From positions 832,001 to 896,000 of the forward strand of contig OZ251992.1 in assembly GCA_965246885.1 (NCBI GenBank): 64,000 nucleotides of DNA. Reading direction: 5' to 3'. The notes under the pieces were generated by a model. It was not told the origin of the DNA, made no database searches, and was given only the letters and a program-made list of their open reading frames with translations. Of this stretch, positions 19,455 through 28,661 are shown piece by piece. A program made the position numbers and the translations under genes. This DNA comes from Abditibacterium sp. (GTDB lineage: Bacteria; Armatimonadota; Abditibacteriia; Abditibacteriales; Abditibacteriaceae). Each line of letters begins with the position of its first letter. The stretch's first letter is position 1.

Positions 19455-20206
19455 TCGCCGTCGTAGTGCTTGGTGGCGGCGGGGTCAGTCCACATGGCGT
19501 CGAACTGCCCCGCGCTCACGGTGAACTTCGCGTGCCCATCGGCGAACAAGAAACTCCCGCCCGTCGGGTGCCACTGTGCGTAGTAGAAAGGCGTGCCGGA
19601 GTAGCCGTAGGTCGCGCCGCCCGCGTCCATGTCGGGGCCAAACCAAGGCAGCATTTCGTCGCGCATGATGCGCGTTTCGGCGGCACGGGCGAACATCGAG
19701 TCTTTGACGGTGTGCGGCTGCACGGTGTTGGGGTTGGCGGGGTCGGAAAGGATGTTGTTTTGGCTCGATTCCCCGGCGACCACCGAATACGCGCCGCTCG
19801 TGAAGCGATACGAGGAGCCGTAGCACGCGGCGTAGGAGCTTTGCTTGGTGGCGTCGAGGGCGCAGTCGCCGTCCGACGCGATGGCTGGCCCGCCGATGTC
19901 GTTGGGGCACTTGAACACTTGCAGGCTCCGCGTGTAGGGCTGCAACTCCAACTCGACGCCCTTGTGGCCGGGGTTTCCAGAAGCGGGGACGGAGTTGTAA
20001 GCGTAAAATATCGGCCACGTTTCGTCGTTGTCTTGGACGTATTGCAGGGTGCCCAAGCCGATTTGCTTCATGTTCGACAGGCAGTTAACGTCGCGCGCCT
20101 TTTGGCGGGCGCGGGAGAACGCGGGGAACAGGATGGCCGCAAGAAGGGCGATGATGGCCACGACGACGAGGATTTCGAGCAGGGTAAAAGCGGAGCGGGT
20201 TCGCAT
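19451..20206 (-). CDS. Prepilin-type N-terminal cleavage / DUF1559 / H-X9-DG protein, TPP-riboswitch controlled
   Basis: SA-FTLLEILVVVAIIALLAAILFP; CLSNMKQIGLG..QYVQD; FKCPND; WHPTGGSFLFADGHAK. Confidence 0.92.
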   Translation of the reverse strand: MRTRSAFTLLEILVVVAIIALLAAILFPAFSRARQKARDVNCLSNMKQIGLGTLQYVQDNDETWPIFYAYNSVPASGNPGHKGVELELQPYTRSLQVFKCPNDIGGPAIASDGDCALDATKQSSYAACYGSSYRFTSGAYSVVAGESSQNNILSDPANPNTVQPHTVKDSMFARAAETRIMRDEMLPWFGPDMDAGGATYGYSGTPFYYAQWHPTGGSFLFADGHAKFTVSAGQFDAMWTDPAATKHYDGD

Positions 20207-20295
20207 GACAAAAGGGGCGCACCGCTTGCTTCGCCCGAAAACAGGGGAGAAGTGCCGGTTGCCCGTTCTGCCCGAAGCCGGAACGGTCAACGAGT

Positions 20296-20393
20296 GCTTC
20301 CCTCCGCTGGTATGATCCAGATCAGGTGATTGGGGTCGGCTCCAAGCCCTCTCAGCCGCATCTCCGATTGGTCGGATGGCGGCGCCCCCAGCA
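20296..20393 (-). ncRNA. TPP (thiamine pyrophosphate) riboswitch
   Basis: Minus strand reads GCTGGGGGCGCC...GGCTGAGAG...GACCC...ACCTGATCTGGATCATACCAGCGGAGGGAAGC, matching the hallmark CTGAGA and ACCTGA-N-GG-NN-AT-N-CCAGCG-N-AGGGAA elements. Confidence 0.93.
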
Positions 20394-20455
20394 AACGCTG
20401 CGTTATTTGATTAGGTAACAGTGTGACGGCTTGCGGCGCCCGCCGGTTCGCTTCC

Positions 20456-21271
20456 TTAGTTCGCGCAAAGTGGCACGAGGCTTTGATACATCTCGCGCGC
20501 GGCATCGGCGGCGGGCAATTCCCATAAGCGCTCGCTGAACATTTCGATGGAAAAGGCGCCGTTGTAGCCATTGCTTTCCAAGGCGGCGATAATGGCGGGC
20601 AAATCGAGGTGCCCTTGGCCGGGAAGTTCGCGGTCGGCGTTGCAATCGGAGAGTTCGCCCGGTTTGTTCTTCATGTCGTCGAGGTGAACGTGTTTGATAA
20701 AGGGCACGGTTTGCGCGTTGATATGCTCGAACTTGGTGGCGGTGCAATGATAGTGCGCGGGGTCGAAGAGGACGCCGAAGTTGGCGGCGCCGCTCAAGCG
20801 GGCGATTTCAACGGCGCTTTGCAGGGTTTTGACGGCGCCCCAGTTGAACTCCAAGCACAGCGTCACGTTCATCGGCGCGACGGCGGCAGCGAGTTCGCCA
20901 AACAGTTCGCCATAGCGTTGGAGCGGGTTTTCGAGTTCGCCGATGGGTCGGTAGTCGGTGCCCATCACCATGTTTTGCGGCGCTCCGCCGCCCATTTCGG
21001 CGAGAAAGCGCGCTTTTTCGAGAATGGTCGCACGGTTGGCGGCGCAGCTGGCGTCGTCGCCGTACGCCTCGGCCCCGCAAAAGAAGCCGCCGATGCCGCG
21101 CAAGCCGCGCGCGGCGAGGGCGTTCTTGACTTGGACGGCGCCCAGCCCTTCCAGTTGGCCGAGCGCGAACTCGACTTGTGTAAAACCCGCCGCCGCGTAC
21201 GCGTCGAGGGCGGTTTCGAGGCTGTCGAAGCGCGTCGAAACCGAGTTGATGCCCAATTGAGACCGTTGCAT
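20456..21271 (-). CDS. Sugar phosphate isomerase/epimerase (xylose-isomerase-like TIM barrel)
   Basis: LCLEF, LFDPAH, HVHLDD, RELPGQG, FSIEMF metal-ligand motifs. Confidence 0.88.
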   Translation of the reverse strand: MQRSQLGINSVSTRFDSLETALDAYAAAGFTQVEFALGQLEGLGAVQVKNALAARGLRGIGGFFCGAEAYGDDASCAANRATILEKARFLAEMGGGAPQNMVMGTDYRPIGELENPLQRYGELFGELAAAVAPMNVTLCLEFNWGAVKTLQSAVEIARLSGAANFGVLFDPAHYHCTATKFEHINAQTVPFIKHVHLDDMKNKPGELSDCNADRELPGQGHLDLPAIIAALESNGYNGAFSIEMFSERLWELPAADAAREMYQSLVPLCAN

Positions 21272-21377
21272 AATCGCCCCCCAGTTTGCCGCTTCGCTAC
21301 GTTACCAACAACGATAGAACAACAGGAGGCACAATGTTCAAGAGGGGGAAGCGAATTGGGTGGCAACGGCTTCCGCT

Positions 21378-21713
21378 TCACTCGTTAGACGAAGCCAAAC
21401 GTTGCTTTGGTAGGAGGTGAACCAAGCACAGCAACGGTGGAAGGACAAATATGGAGGGGAGGTAGAGGAGTGCCAGTTCGTGCCGTAAAAGGCTACACAT
21501 CAAAGAACTCACAGCTACCACTGCGAAGCAGAACCAAACGCTCGCAACGCGTTGCCCCCGAAGCATACGTACGCCGATAATTCCAACTAACAGGAACACG
21601 AGCGAGGGGAGCAGACGGAACTGAACGCCCATCAAATCGGGATGGGCGACGTGTCGGGCGGCGACTCCCGCCGCGAGTGCCAAGCCCAGCACCCACGCGA
21701 GAAGGCGCTTCAT
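21378..21713 (-). CDS. Small integral membrane protein (about 4 TM)
   Basis: Hydrophobic 111-aa ORF; ATGA overlap with upstream gene. Confidence 0.6.
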   Translation of the reverse strand: MKRLLAWVLGLALAAGVAARHVAHPDLMGVQFRLLPSLVFLLVGIIGVRMLRGQRVASVWFCFAVVAVSSLMCSLLRHELALLYLPSIFVLPPLLCLVHLLPKQRLASSNE

Positions 21714-22201
21714 TCCGGCACCCCTTCGATGGAAGTGATGACACCGCGCGCGTCCACATGAACGGCCAACGGCAGCTTTTGCGGCGCGGAAACGAGCGGG
21801 TCAACGTCGGCAATGCGAGAGCGCGCCACAATTTGGGACGGCTGCGCCAGCCACTTCGCCTTGTCGAGCGACATGGCGGAGCCAACGCAAACAAGGGCGG
21901 CGGTTTCATGGCTTCTGTTCGCCGCGTCCAGCCACGCCGCGACGGGGACATCCTGACACGAACACGAGCCGCGAAAAACGATGGTCGCCGGGAACTTGGG
22001 CGTATACGGCGCGCCGTCCGCTTGCGAGAGCGACAGGCGCGGCAGGAGCGAGCCTTCCTTGAGTCGCATGTTCTGTGCGAGGTTGACGAGATGATTCCAC
22101 GTCAACACTTCGCTTTTGATGGGCGGGCCGCTAATGGCCATCACGCCCATTTGCAGCACCACGACGCCGACCAACAGTTGCGCCATCGGCGGTTTAGCCA
22201 C
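21710..22201 (-). CDS. Membrane-anchored thioredoxin-fold (TlpA/MauD-like) protein with CxC motif
   Basis: N-terminal TM; LPRLSLSQADG..ATIVFRGSCSC..LPLAVHVDARGVI resembles TlpA topology. Confidence 0.55.
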   Translation of the reverse strand: MAKPPMAQLLVGVVVLQMGVMAISGPPIKSEVLTWNHLVNLAQNMRLKEGSLLPRLSLSQADGAPYTPKFPATIVFRGSCSCQDVPVAAWLDAANRSHETAALVCVGSAMSLDKAKWLAQPSQIVARSRIADVDPLVSAPQKLPLAVHVDARGVITSIEGVPE

Positions 22202-22723
22202 TTTGCATCGCCGCCTTTTTGCGGCGCGGGCGCCCAGAGGCTCGCGCCTTCAAAATCCAGAACGCGGACGCCGAATCGCGCGATAGGGTGTGAATCTTCA
22301 TCCGCGACAGGCCACGTCCTTGAAACAAGCACGGCCCCGGTTGAAGCGAGACCAGTCCGTAATAGGCGACAAGCTATCGCCTACGCCCCGGCTGATGTCC
22401 ACTCCGTCCTCAACCCAGCGCACTTTGTCTTGTCCATCGAACACGCTCCGCACCGTCAAAAGCGGCTTGCCATCGGCATGGGTGTCCACTTCAAGGAACT
22501 CGAACTTTTGGCCACGCATAACGGCTACCCGCTTTTGGAGGCGCCATTTGGAACCTTTTTGGGAAAAGTCCGCGACGCGAGCCGACGAGGAGTAGGTGCC
22601 ATTGTTAAAAGCAGCGTCGGCGGCCCGCAGACTTTGCAGAACGCCTGCGTTGATGTCAGCACGAGCGTGGGGGCAGAGGATGAAAAGCGACGCGACCGCC
22701 GCTGTGGGAAGAGAGTGTTTCAC
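22194..22723 (-). pseudogene. Exported protein, apparently truncated/frameshifted (two fragments)
   Basis: GTG 22723 with signal peptide (PHARA-D) stops at 22298; a 35-codon ORF 22301..22194 (FWILKAR..RRKK) bridges to the next gene. Confidence 0.4.
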
Positions 22724-22733
22724 GGCATCTCGG

Positions 22734-23387
22734 TTAGTTCGGGCACATGGTGTAGGCGTATGCATCAGGAGCGTTTGGAGGCGCCGGACAACTAAAATCG
22801 TAAGTCGCGTTTTCCCCGACGGATTTGACGTGGCCATCCACGAACAAACAGTTCTTCCTCTCAAGGTGTCTGGCACCATTCCCTGGGCTTGCGAGAAAGA
22901 ACTGCAGACCCGTGTCGTAGGAAGAAGGGCCAACTTCGTATGAATCGAAACAAAGGATGGTGCGGTCGGGAGCGGCTACTTTGCTGGAACTCATGTTGGT
23001 GATGTACAAATTGATGGCATACGAGGTGTAGGCACTAAATTCTGTGAAATTGACCCGTGCCGAAGATGGGCATTGATAAAGCCGCGCGTCTTTGAGATAC
23101 GGAAGAACCCTTTTTGTCCAGCCCACTCCCTGCCCATAAGGAAGAGTGGTGGCGTTCGCTGGAACATTCAACTCATCGCCATTCCAAGCGACAGGAAGAC
23201 GCCCCGCGTCCGCTTCGTACATTTGCAACGCCAAGCCGATTTGCTTGAGGTTGCTTTGGCACTGTGTCGAGCGCGCCTGCTCGCGCACTCTGGAAAACAC
23301 GGGGAAAAGGATGGCCGCCAATATCCCGATGATCGCTAACACCACAAGGATTTCCACGAGGGTGAACGCTGCTATTTTTGTTTTCAA
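22734..23387 (-). CDS. Prepilin-type N-terminal cleavage / DUF1559 / H-X9-DG protein
   Basis: [60 protein letters not shown]. Confidence 0.9.
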   Translation of the reverse strand: MKTKIAAFTLVEILVVLAIIGILAAILFPVFSRVREQARSTQCQSNLKQIGLALQMYEADAGRLPVAWNGDELNVPANATTLPYGQGVGWTKRVLPYLKDARLYQCPSSARVNFTEFSAYTSYAINLYITNMSSSKVAAPDRTILCFDSYEVGPSSYDTGLQFFLASPGNGARHLERKNCLFVDGHVKSVGENATYDFSCPAPPNAPDAYAYTMCPN

Positions 23388-23401
23388 TGATGCTGGCCTC
23401 G

Positions 23402-23432
23402 AACCCGGCCAGAAGGTTATTCTGGCCGGGTT
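23402..23432. terminator. 13-bp stem hairpin between Cys-rich gene and pilin-like gene
   Basis: AACCCGGCCAGAA-GGTTA-TTCTGGCCGGGTT. Confidence 0.7.
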
Positions 23433-23438
23433 TTGATG

Positions 23439-23864
23439 TTAGGCTGGTGGGCCGCCGCACGTCGTTAAAGCGACCCACGGTACTTGGCCGGCAAATGCCA
23501 TCGTTCCAGTGATGCTGCCCGCGCAGCCTGCTGCACTGTAGCCAGTAAGAACCACTGTAGTCGGTCGAGGCACTGGTGTGCAAACATAGCCAGTCGGAAA
23601 GAAGCTCTGCCGACAAGTGCGCGATGGATCAGGGGTGTTAACTCGTCTGAGAGACACAGTGGGCGGCGTCCTATTCGTAAAAGGCCCCGTGCCGACGGAG
23701 CATTGGGCGGGATTAGCAACTTCGTCGTAAGTGCCAAAGCAGGCGCCGAACGCAGAAGGCGCATAAGCGATGGTCAATAAACCAGCCGCAGCAACCAGAC
23801 GCTTTGCTGAGGAAATCAGCAAGAGAAGTTTCCGAGTTGTAGAATGGTGTCTGGGAGTTCTCAT
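23439..23864 (-). CDS. Small secreted Cys-rich protein
   Basis: Start MRTPRHH; signal ending SAFG-AC; six Cys in a Thr/Pro/Gly-rich mature region. Confidence 0.6.
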   Translation of the reverse strand: MRTPRHHSTTRKLLLLISSAKRLVAAAGLLTIAYAPSAFGACFGTYDEVANPAQCSVGTGPFTNRTPPTVSLRRVNTPDPSRTCRQSFFPTGYVCTPVPRPTTVVLTGYSAAGCAGSITGTMAFAGQVPWVALTTCGGPPA

Positions 23865-24041
23865 TGGGCCGCCTAAGAATCGAAGCGGGCCACGACAAAT
23901 CTTACATCCCGAACTCACTTATCACAAGAGAAATAAGGGGGGGGGATGGGAGTGTTCTCAGTATTCGGCACGGTAGCCCCGCTCTATGCTTGGAGGGCCG
24001 CATTTCGCCTAAAATAAAACCCGTTTCCAACGGAAAAACAT

Positions 24042-25058
24042 ATGGCACGACCAGTTACCCTTTTCACCGGCCAGTGGGCCGACCTGTCCCTATCCGAACT
24101 CGCGCCCCTCGCCAAGCAGATGGGCTTTGACGGACTCGAACTCGCCTGCTGGGGCGACCACTTGGACGTGGAGCAGGCCGCCCACGACCAAAGCTATTGC
24201 GACGCGCAAAAGAAAATCCTCGCCGACAACGGGCTGTCGCTTTTCGCCATCAGCAACCACCTCGCGGGTCAAGCCGTTTCCGACAAGGTGGACGAGCGCC
24301 ACAAAGCGATTCTCAGCCCGCGCGTGTGGGGCGACGGCGACCCGAAAGGGGTCAATCACCGCGCCGCCGAGGAGATGAAGCTGACCGCGCGCGCCGCCAA
24401 GAACCTCGGCCTCAAGATCGTCAATGGTTTTACAGGTAGCCCCATTTGGCCTTACCTGTATTCGTTCCCGCCCGTTGGCCCGACCGTCATAGATGATGGC
24501 TTCAAGTCCTTCGCCGCCGACTGGAACCCCATCCTCGATGTCTTCGACGAGTGCGGCGTCGTGTTCGCCCTCGAAGTCCACCCGACCGAGATCGCCTTCG
24601 ACATCGTGACGGCGCAGCGCGCCATAGACGCCTTGGGTGGCCGCAAAACCTTCGGATTTAACTACGACCCCTCGCATCTCGGCTATCAAGGCGTGGACTA
24701 CGTGCGCTTCTTGTATGAGTTCGCCGACCGCATTTACCACGTCCACATGAAGGACGTCTATTGGTCGCCCACCCTGACCCGTTCCGGCGTGTTCGGCGGG
24801 CATCTGAACTTCGGCGACCACAACCGCTATTGGAACTTCCGCTCCTTGGGGCACGGCTCCGTCAACTTCGAGGAGATCATCCGCGCCCTCAACGACATTG
24901 GCTACCAAGGCCCGCTCTCCAACGAGTGGGAAGACTCCGGCATGGACAGAGTTCACGGCGCCACCGAAGCCGCCGCCTTCATCAAACGCTCCGACTTCAA
25001 ACCCAGCGACCGCGCCTTCGACGCCGCGTTTGATAAAGAAGAGCAGCCGGAAGGCTAA
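24042..25058 (+). CDS. Sugar phosphate isomerase/epimerase (IolE-like)
   Basis: [51 protein letters not shown]. Confidence 0.92.
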   Translation: MARPVTLFTGQWADLSLSELAPLAKQMGFDGLELACWGDHLDVEQAAHDQSYCDAQKKILADNGLSLFAISNHLAGQAVSDKVDERHKAILSPRVWGDGDPKGVNHRAAEEMKLTARAAKNLGLKIVNGFTGSPIWPYLYSFPPVGPTVIDDGFKSFAADWNPILDVFDECGVVFALEVHPTEIAFDIVTAQRAIDALGGRKTFGFNYDPSHLGYQGVDYVRFLYEFADRIYHVHMKDVYWSPTLTRSGVFGGHLNFGDHNRYWNFRSLGHGSVNFEEIIRALNDIGYQGPLSNEWEDSGMDRVHGATEAAAFIKRSDFKPSDRAFDAAFDKEEQPEG

Positions 25059-25072
25059 AGTGGGCAAGCGAC

Positions 25073-25103
25073 AAGCGCGGCGAACGGGATGTTCGCCGCG
25101 CTT
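25073..25103. terminator. Hairpin between convergent genes
   Basis: AAGCGCGGCGAAC-GGGAT-GTTCGCCGCGCTT. Confidence 0.7.
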
Positions 25104-26114
25104 CTACGTTTGGTCAGGCGAAAGTCCCGGCGCGTTGTCAGCGCACCAGTCGCGCACGGTCAAGCGCGCTTCGAGCCGTTCGTGGTGCGTGAACGGGCCT
25201 TGCGCGGAGACGCCAACGCTTCGCTCGGTATCGCGCCCCTGGAGGGCGAAAGGGGAAGGCGCGAGACTTTGAAACGAGTAGCCGGGAACCAGATGCAGCG
25301 CGAACGAGCGCGCAATGGCAATTAGCAAAGGGCTTTCCTGCATTTTTCGGTGGTGGCAAATACGGCCTTCGCGCTGGTAAGCGGAGAAGTCAAAGATGGG
25401 CGGACGGTCGAGGTGGGTGAAGCGAACGCCGAACCTGCGCTCCATCCCGTCGGGCCAGTCATAACACGCGATGAGCGCGGCGCGCACGAGTGACTCGAAC
25501 TCGCTCCGCGTGCCGTTGCCAAAGCGAAGCGGGTGTTCTTGGTCTTCGACGGGCAATTCCAAAAACTCGAACGCGCCCGCCAAACGTCCGCGCCTGTCTT
25601 GAAGGAGCGGCCACAACCGCTCGGCGAAGAACTCAGCGCCTTGTCCCAAGCGTCTCATTTCGCGCCAACGCGGAGAATCTTTGGGCCAATGGGTGTCAGG
25701 GGAGAAGCGCACCGCGCGATTGGTGACGGTGCTTTGTAGGAAGAACTCCAAACGCCCGCGCCATAACACCCGCCACACGCCAGTTTTGTCTGCGCGCGGG
25801 TCAGCGAGGGAAATGGCCCGCGCCCACGCGCCGTGATGGATTTGGTGTTTGAACTCGGCCCGCATCGCGCGTAGGTCAGTGCTTTGAGCGGTCTGCACGA
25901 ACCAATTGCCGTAGCGCAGGGACGACATTTGTGGTCGCATGGGGCCATCGCTGAACACGCCGAAGAAGTCGGGAGAGTCCTCGATCCAGAACCAGAAGAA
26001 ATCGGGCGCACGCCAGATGTGCCAACGCTCCCGGCCCCATTCACGGCGCGTCTCAACGACCAGAAGCGGGTGGTGCGAGGTGCTAAAAAGCGGGTCGCGG
26101 TTGAAGGCCAGCAT
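25104..26114 (-). CDS. Hypothetical protein
   Basis: 336-aa Trp/Arg-rich ORF filling the gap; no recognised motif. Confidence 0.55.
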   Translation of the reverse strand: MLAFNRDPLFSTSHHPLLVVETRREWGRERWHIWRAPDFFWFWIEDSPDFFGVFSDGPMRPQMSSLRYGNWFVQTAQSTDLRAMRAEFKHQIHHGAWARAISLADPRADKTGVWRVLWRGRLEFFLQSTVTNRAVRFSPDTHWPKDSPRWREMRRLGQGAEFFAERLWPLLQDRRGRLAGAFEFLELPVEDQEHPLRFGNGTRSEFESLVRAALIACYDWPDGMERRFGVRFTHLDRPPIFDFSAYQREGRICHHRKMQESPLLIAIARSFALHLVPGYSFQSLAPSPFALQGRDTERSVGVSAQGPFTHHERLEARLTVRDWCADNAPGLSPDQT

Positions 26115-26138
26115 GGAAAGGGGTTAACTGCGCCCGTT

Positions 26139-26891
26139 ATGAGCAATTACAAACAAGCGGTCGCGCGCTGGTCTTTTGGGGCGTTGCCGCTCGATGCGTT
26201 TCCGCAGGTGCGGGCAATGGGGATTGAGGGCGTGGAGATGCCGCCGTCCGCAGAGATAGCGCCGTTACGGGACATGGGGTTCACCATCGTGTCCATTGGC
26301 GGGCACACCACCCTCGAAGATGGGCTGAACAAGCGCGAGAACCATACGCGCATCCAAGATGAACTGGGGAAGACCCTCGAAACTGCGAAGCAGTTTAGCA
26401 TCCCCAATCTCATCGTTTTCTCCGGCAACCGCAACGGCAAATCGGAGCAAGAGGGCGCCCACAACACGGTTGAAGGGTTAAATATGGTCAAGGGGATGGC
26501 GGAAGCGGCGGGCGTCACGCTCGTCTTGGAGCTACTCAATTCCAAAGTAGACCACCCCGATTACCAATGCGACCACACGGCGTGGGGCGCGCAGGTCGTG
26601 TCCGCCGTCAACTCGCCGCGCGTCAAGCTCTTGTACGACATCTACCACATGCAAATCATGGAAGGCGACCTCATTCGCACCATCAAGACCCACATCGGGC
26701 ACATCGGGCACTTCCACACGGCGGGCAATCCGGGCCGGGGCGACTTGAACGAGAAGCAGGAAATCTACTACCCCGCTATCGCCCGCGCGATTAACCAAGC
26801 GGGTTACACCGGCTGGGTCGGCCACGAATACAGCCCCAAAGCGGCGCCACTTGAATCCTTACAAGAAGCGTTCGACGCTTGGAATGTTTGA
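26139..26891 (+). CDS. Hydroxypyruvate isomerase (Hyi) family TIM barrel
   Basis: LELLNSKVDHPDY, KLLYDIYHMQIMEGD, HFHTAGNPGR, VGHEY. Confidence 0.92.
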   Translation: MSNYKQAVARWSFGALPLDAFPQVRAMGIEGVEMPPSAEIAPLRDMGFTIVSIGGHTTLEDGLNKRENHTRIQDELGKTLETAKQFSIPNLIVFSGNRNGKSEQEGAHNTVEGLNMVKGMAEAAGVTLVLELLNSKVDHPDYQCDHTAWGAQVVSAVNSPRVKLLYDIYHMQIMEGDLIRTIKTHIGHIGHFHTAGNPGRGDLNEKQEIYYPAIARAINQAGYTGWVGHEYSPKAAPLESLQEAFDAWNV

Positions 26892-26914
26892 AAGGAACAC
26901 GAAGCGGGGATAAT

Positions 26915-26946
26915 AAAGGGGGCGAAGCGGAGGCTCGCCCCCTTTT
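26915..26946 (+). terminator. Intrinsic terminator-like hairpin
   Basis: AAAGGGGGCGA...TCGCCCCCTTTT. Confidence 0.65.
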
Positions 26947-26949
26947 ATC

Positions 26950-27567
26950 ATGTTCTGGAAACGACTTTACCCCGTTGAAAAGCTCGCAGTTGCGGGCGCA
27001 ATGGGTTTAGTGGCGGCGCTCTTTGTGTTTCCGATGTTCGCGCGGTCGCGCGACACTGGCGTGCGTCGCGCGCCGTGCCAATCGAATCTCAAACTGCTCG
27101 GCCTCGCTTTCGCGCAGTACGAGCAAGACCACAACGACCAATTCCCACCCGCCAAGGCGGATGGCGCGGCGTATGGTTGGGCCGGTTTGCTCTTGCCCTA
27201 CACGAAATCAACGCAACTTCTCCAGTGTCCAAGCGAGCCGCACGATGGGCAACCCAAGCCCAAACTCACCGGATACACAGATTACTGGTATGACTCGCGC
27301 TTGTTCGGTCGCGCAATGGGCGATCTGGGCTTACCCGCGCAAGTGTTGATGTGTGGAGACGGCAACGACGGCACGGAAACGACAAACGCGCGCTACGCGC
27401 TTTCCAGTTTTCCACCCAAATGGACAAACGACGAAAAATCGCCGATGTTCCGGCACGAGGGAGCGGCCAATTACCTCTTCGCCGATGGGCACGTCAAGGG
27501 CATAACGCCGCCGGACGCGGTGGCGCTGTGGAGTCCGCAGGGGCCGCCAACCAACGGCAACCCATAG
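26950..27567 (+). CDS. DUF1559/H-X9-DG protein with degenerate prepilin motif
   Basis: CQSNLKLLGLAFAQYEQD, LQCPS, RHEGAANYLFADGHVK; N-terminus LYPVEKLAV instead of FTLxE. Confidence 0.82.
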   Translation: MFWKRLYPVEKLAVAGAMGLVAALFVFPMFARSRDTGVRRAPCQSNLKLLGLAFAQYEQDHNDQFPPAKADGAAYGWAGLLLPYTKSTQLLQCPSEPHDGQPKPKLTGYTDYWYDSRLFGRAMGDLGLPAQVLMCGDGNDGTETTNARYALSSFPPKWTNDEKSPMFRHEGAANYLFADGHVKGITPPDAVALWSPQGPPTNGNP

Positions 27568-27581
27568 GGGTGCCCACGCTT

Positions 27582-28046
27582 TTACGCCGCCTCGCCGATG
27601 CTTAAAATCTCGAATTGCACCTGCGGGTTAATGTGGACGATGTCGCCGACTTTTTTGCCCAGCAGGGCTTGACCGATGGGCGACTCTTCCGACGCGGCGC
27701 CGTCGGTGAACTCCATTTCTTCGCTGCCCACGATGGTGTATAAGCGCTCCGCTCCGTTGGTGAGGTTCTTGATTTTGACGGGCACGCCTAGCACGACACT
27801 CTCGAAACTGCCGCCTTCAACGATGACGGCGTCTTCGAGGCGCGATTCCAAGCCGGAGATGCGTCCTTCGAGGATGCCAAGGGCTTGGCGGGCGGCGTGA
27901 TACCCGGCGTTTTCGCGCAGGTCGCCCAGTTCGCGCGCGTCTTTGACTTCCAAGCGCAGGTCAACGCGGTCTTGTTTGAGTTGTTCGAGTTCGGCTGTGA
28001 GGCGTTCAAAGCCTTCGCGCGTGAATTGCGCTTGAAATCCTGCCAT
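27582..28046 (-). CDS. greA: Transcription elongation factor GreA
   Basis: TREGFERL..EL, ARELGDLRENAGYHAA, YTIVG, SPIGQALLGKKVGD. Confidence 0.95.
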   Translation of the reverse strand: MAGFQAQFTREGFERLTAELEQLKQDRVDLRLEVKDARELGDLRENAGYHAARQALGILEGRISGLESRLEDAVIVEGGSFESVVLGVPVKIKNLTNGAERLYTIVGSEEMEFTDGAASEESPIGQALLGKKVGDIVHINPQVQFEILSIGEAA

Positions 28047-28352
28047 GTGTGATGCTCCGAAAAAGTAGAAAAAGGCGGCGCATCGCGCTCGCCCCGATGG
28101 GGAGGAACTCTCCTGTCCCCCTCAGTTTAAGCGCCTAACGCCCGCATTGACAGAGGCTTTGCGTTTGGGCCTTGAATTTTCCCGCCCAATTGCAGAAGCT
28201 AAGGGGGTCGTTTCCGCGTCTGGCCCCGCGATTGGCCCTCCTCAGGGAGGCATCCGATTTGCGGCAAGGGTGCGGCGTTGCTCGCGGAGTGGCTTCGGTT
28301 CGTTTGTTCCGATTGCCGCTTCCCCAAGAAAAAACTTCGGAAGAAGACTCCT

Positions 28353-28589
28353 ATGCAAATGCGTAAAATCATCATCGCCCTGGCTTTGGCCATTGTCACT
28401 GCCGCCGCAGTGTCCGTCCCGTCCGCCCAAGCGCAGACTTATCCGTCGGTCGCCGGTTTGACCGCGTTCTCGCCCGAATGCAACTTCATGTCGAAGCCCG
28501 GCTACTTGCGCTATCGCTACTATCAGACGTCGAAGGATTTCATCTCGTATGAAACCGCCGCCCGCGTCGTGACCGAACAAGGCGGCTAA
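28353..28589 (+). CDS. Small secreted protein
   Basis: Signal peptide MRKIIIALALAIV..AQA-Q; followed by hairpin 28607-28632. Confidence 0.7.
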   Translation: MQMRKIIIALALAIVTAAAVSVPSAQAQTYPSVAGLTAFSPECNFMSKPGYLRYRYYQTSKDFISYETAARVVTEQGG

Positions 28590-28606
28590 TTGCTCCGCTT
28601 CCAAAT

Positions 28607-28632
28607 AACCCGCGTCCCCAACGGCGCGGGTT
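28607..28632 (+). terminator. Hairpin terminator
   Basis: AACCCGCGTC..GGCGCGGGTT then TGTTT. Confidence 0.6.
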
Positions 28633-28661
28633 GTTTGCGTTTAGTGTGTCCCCGTTTGGCG

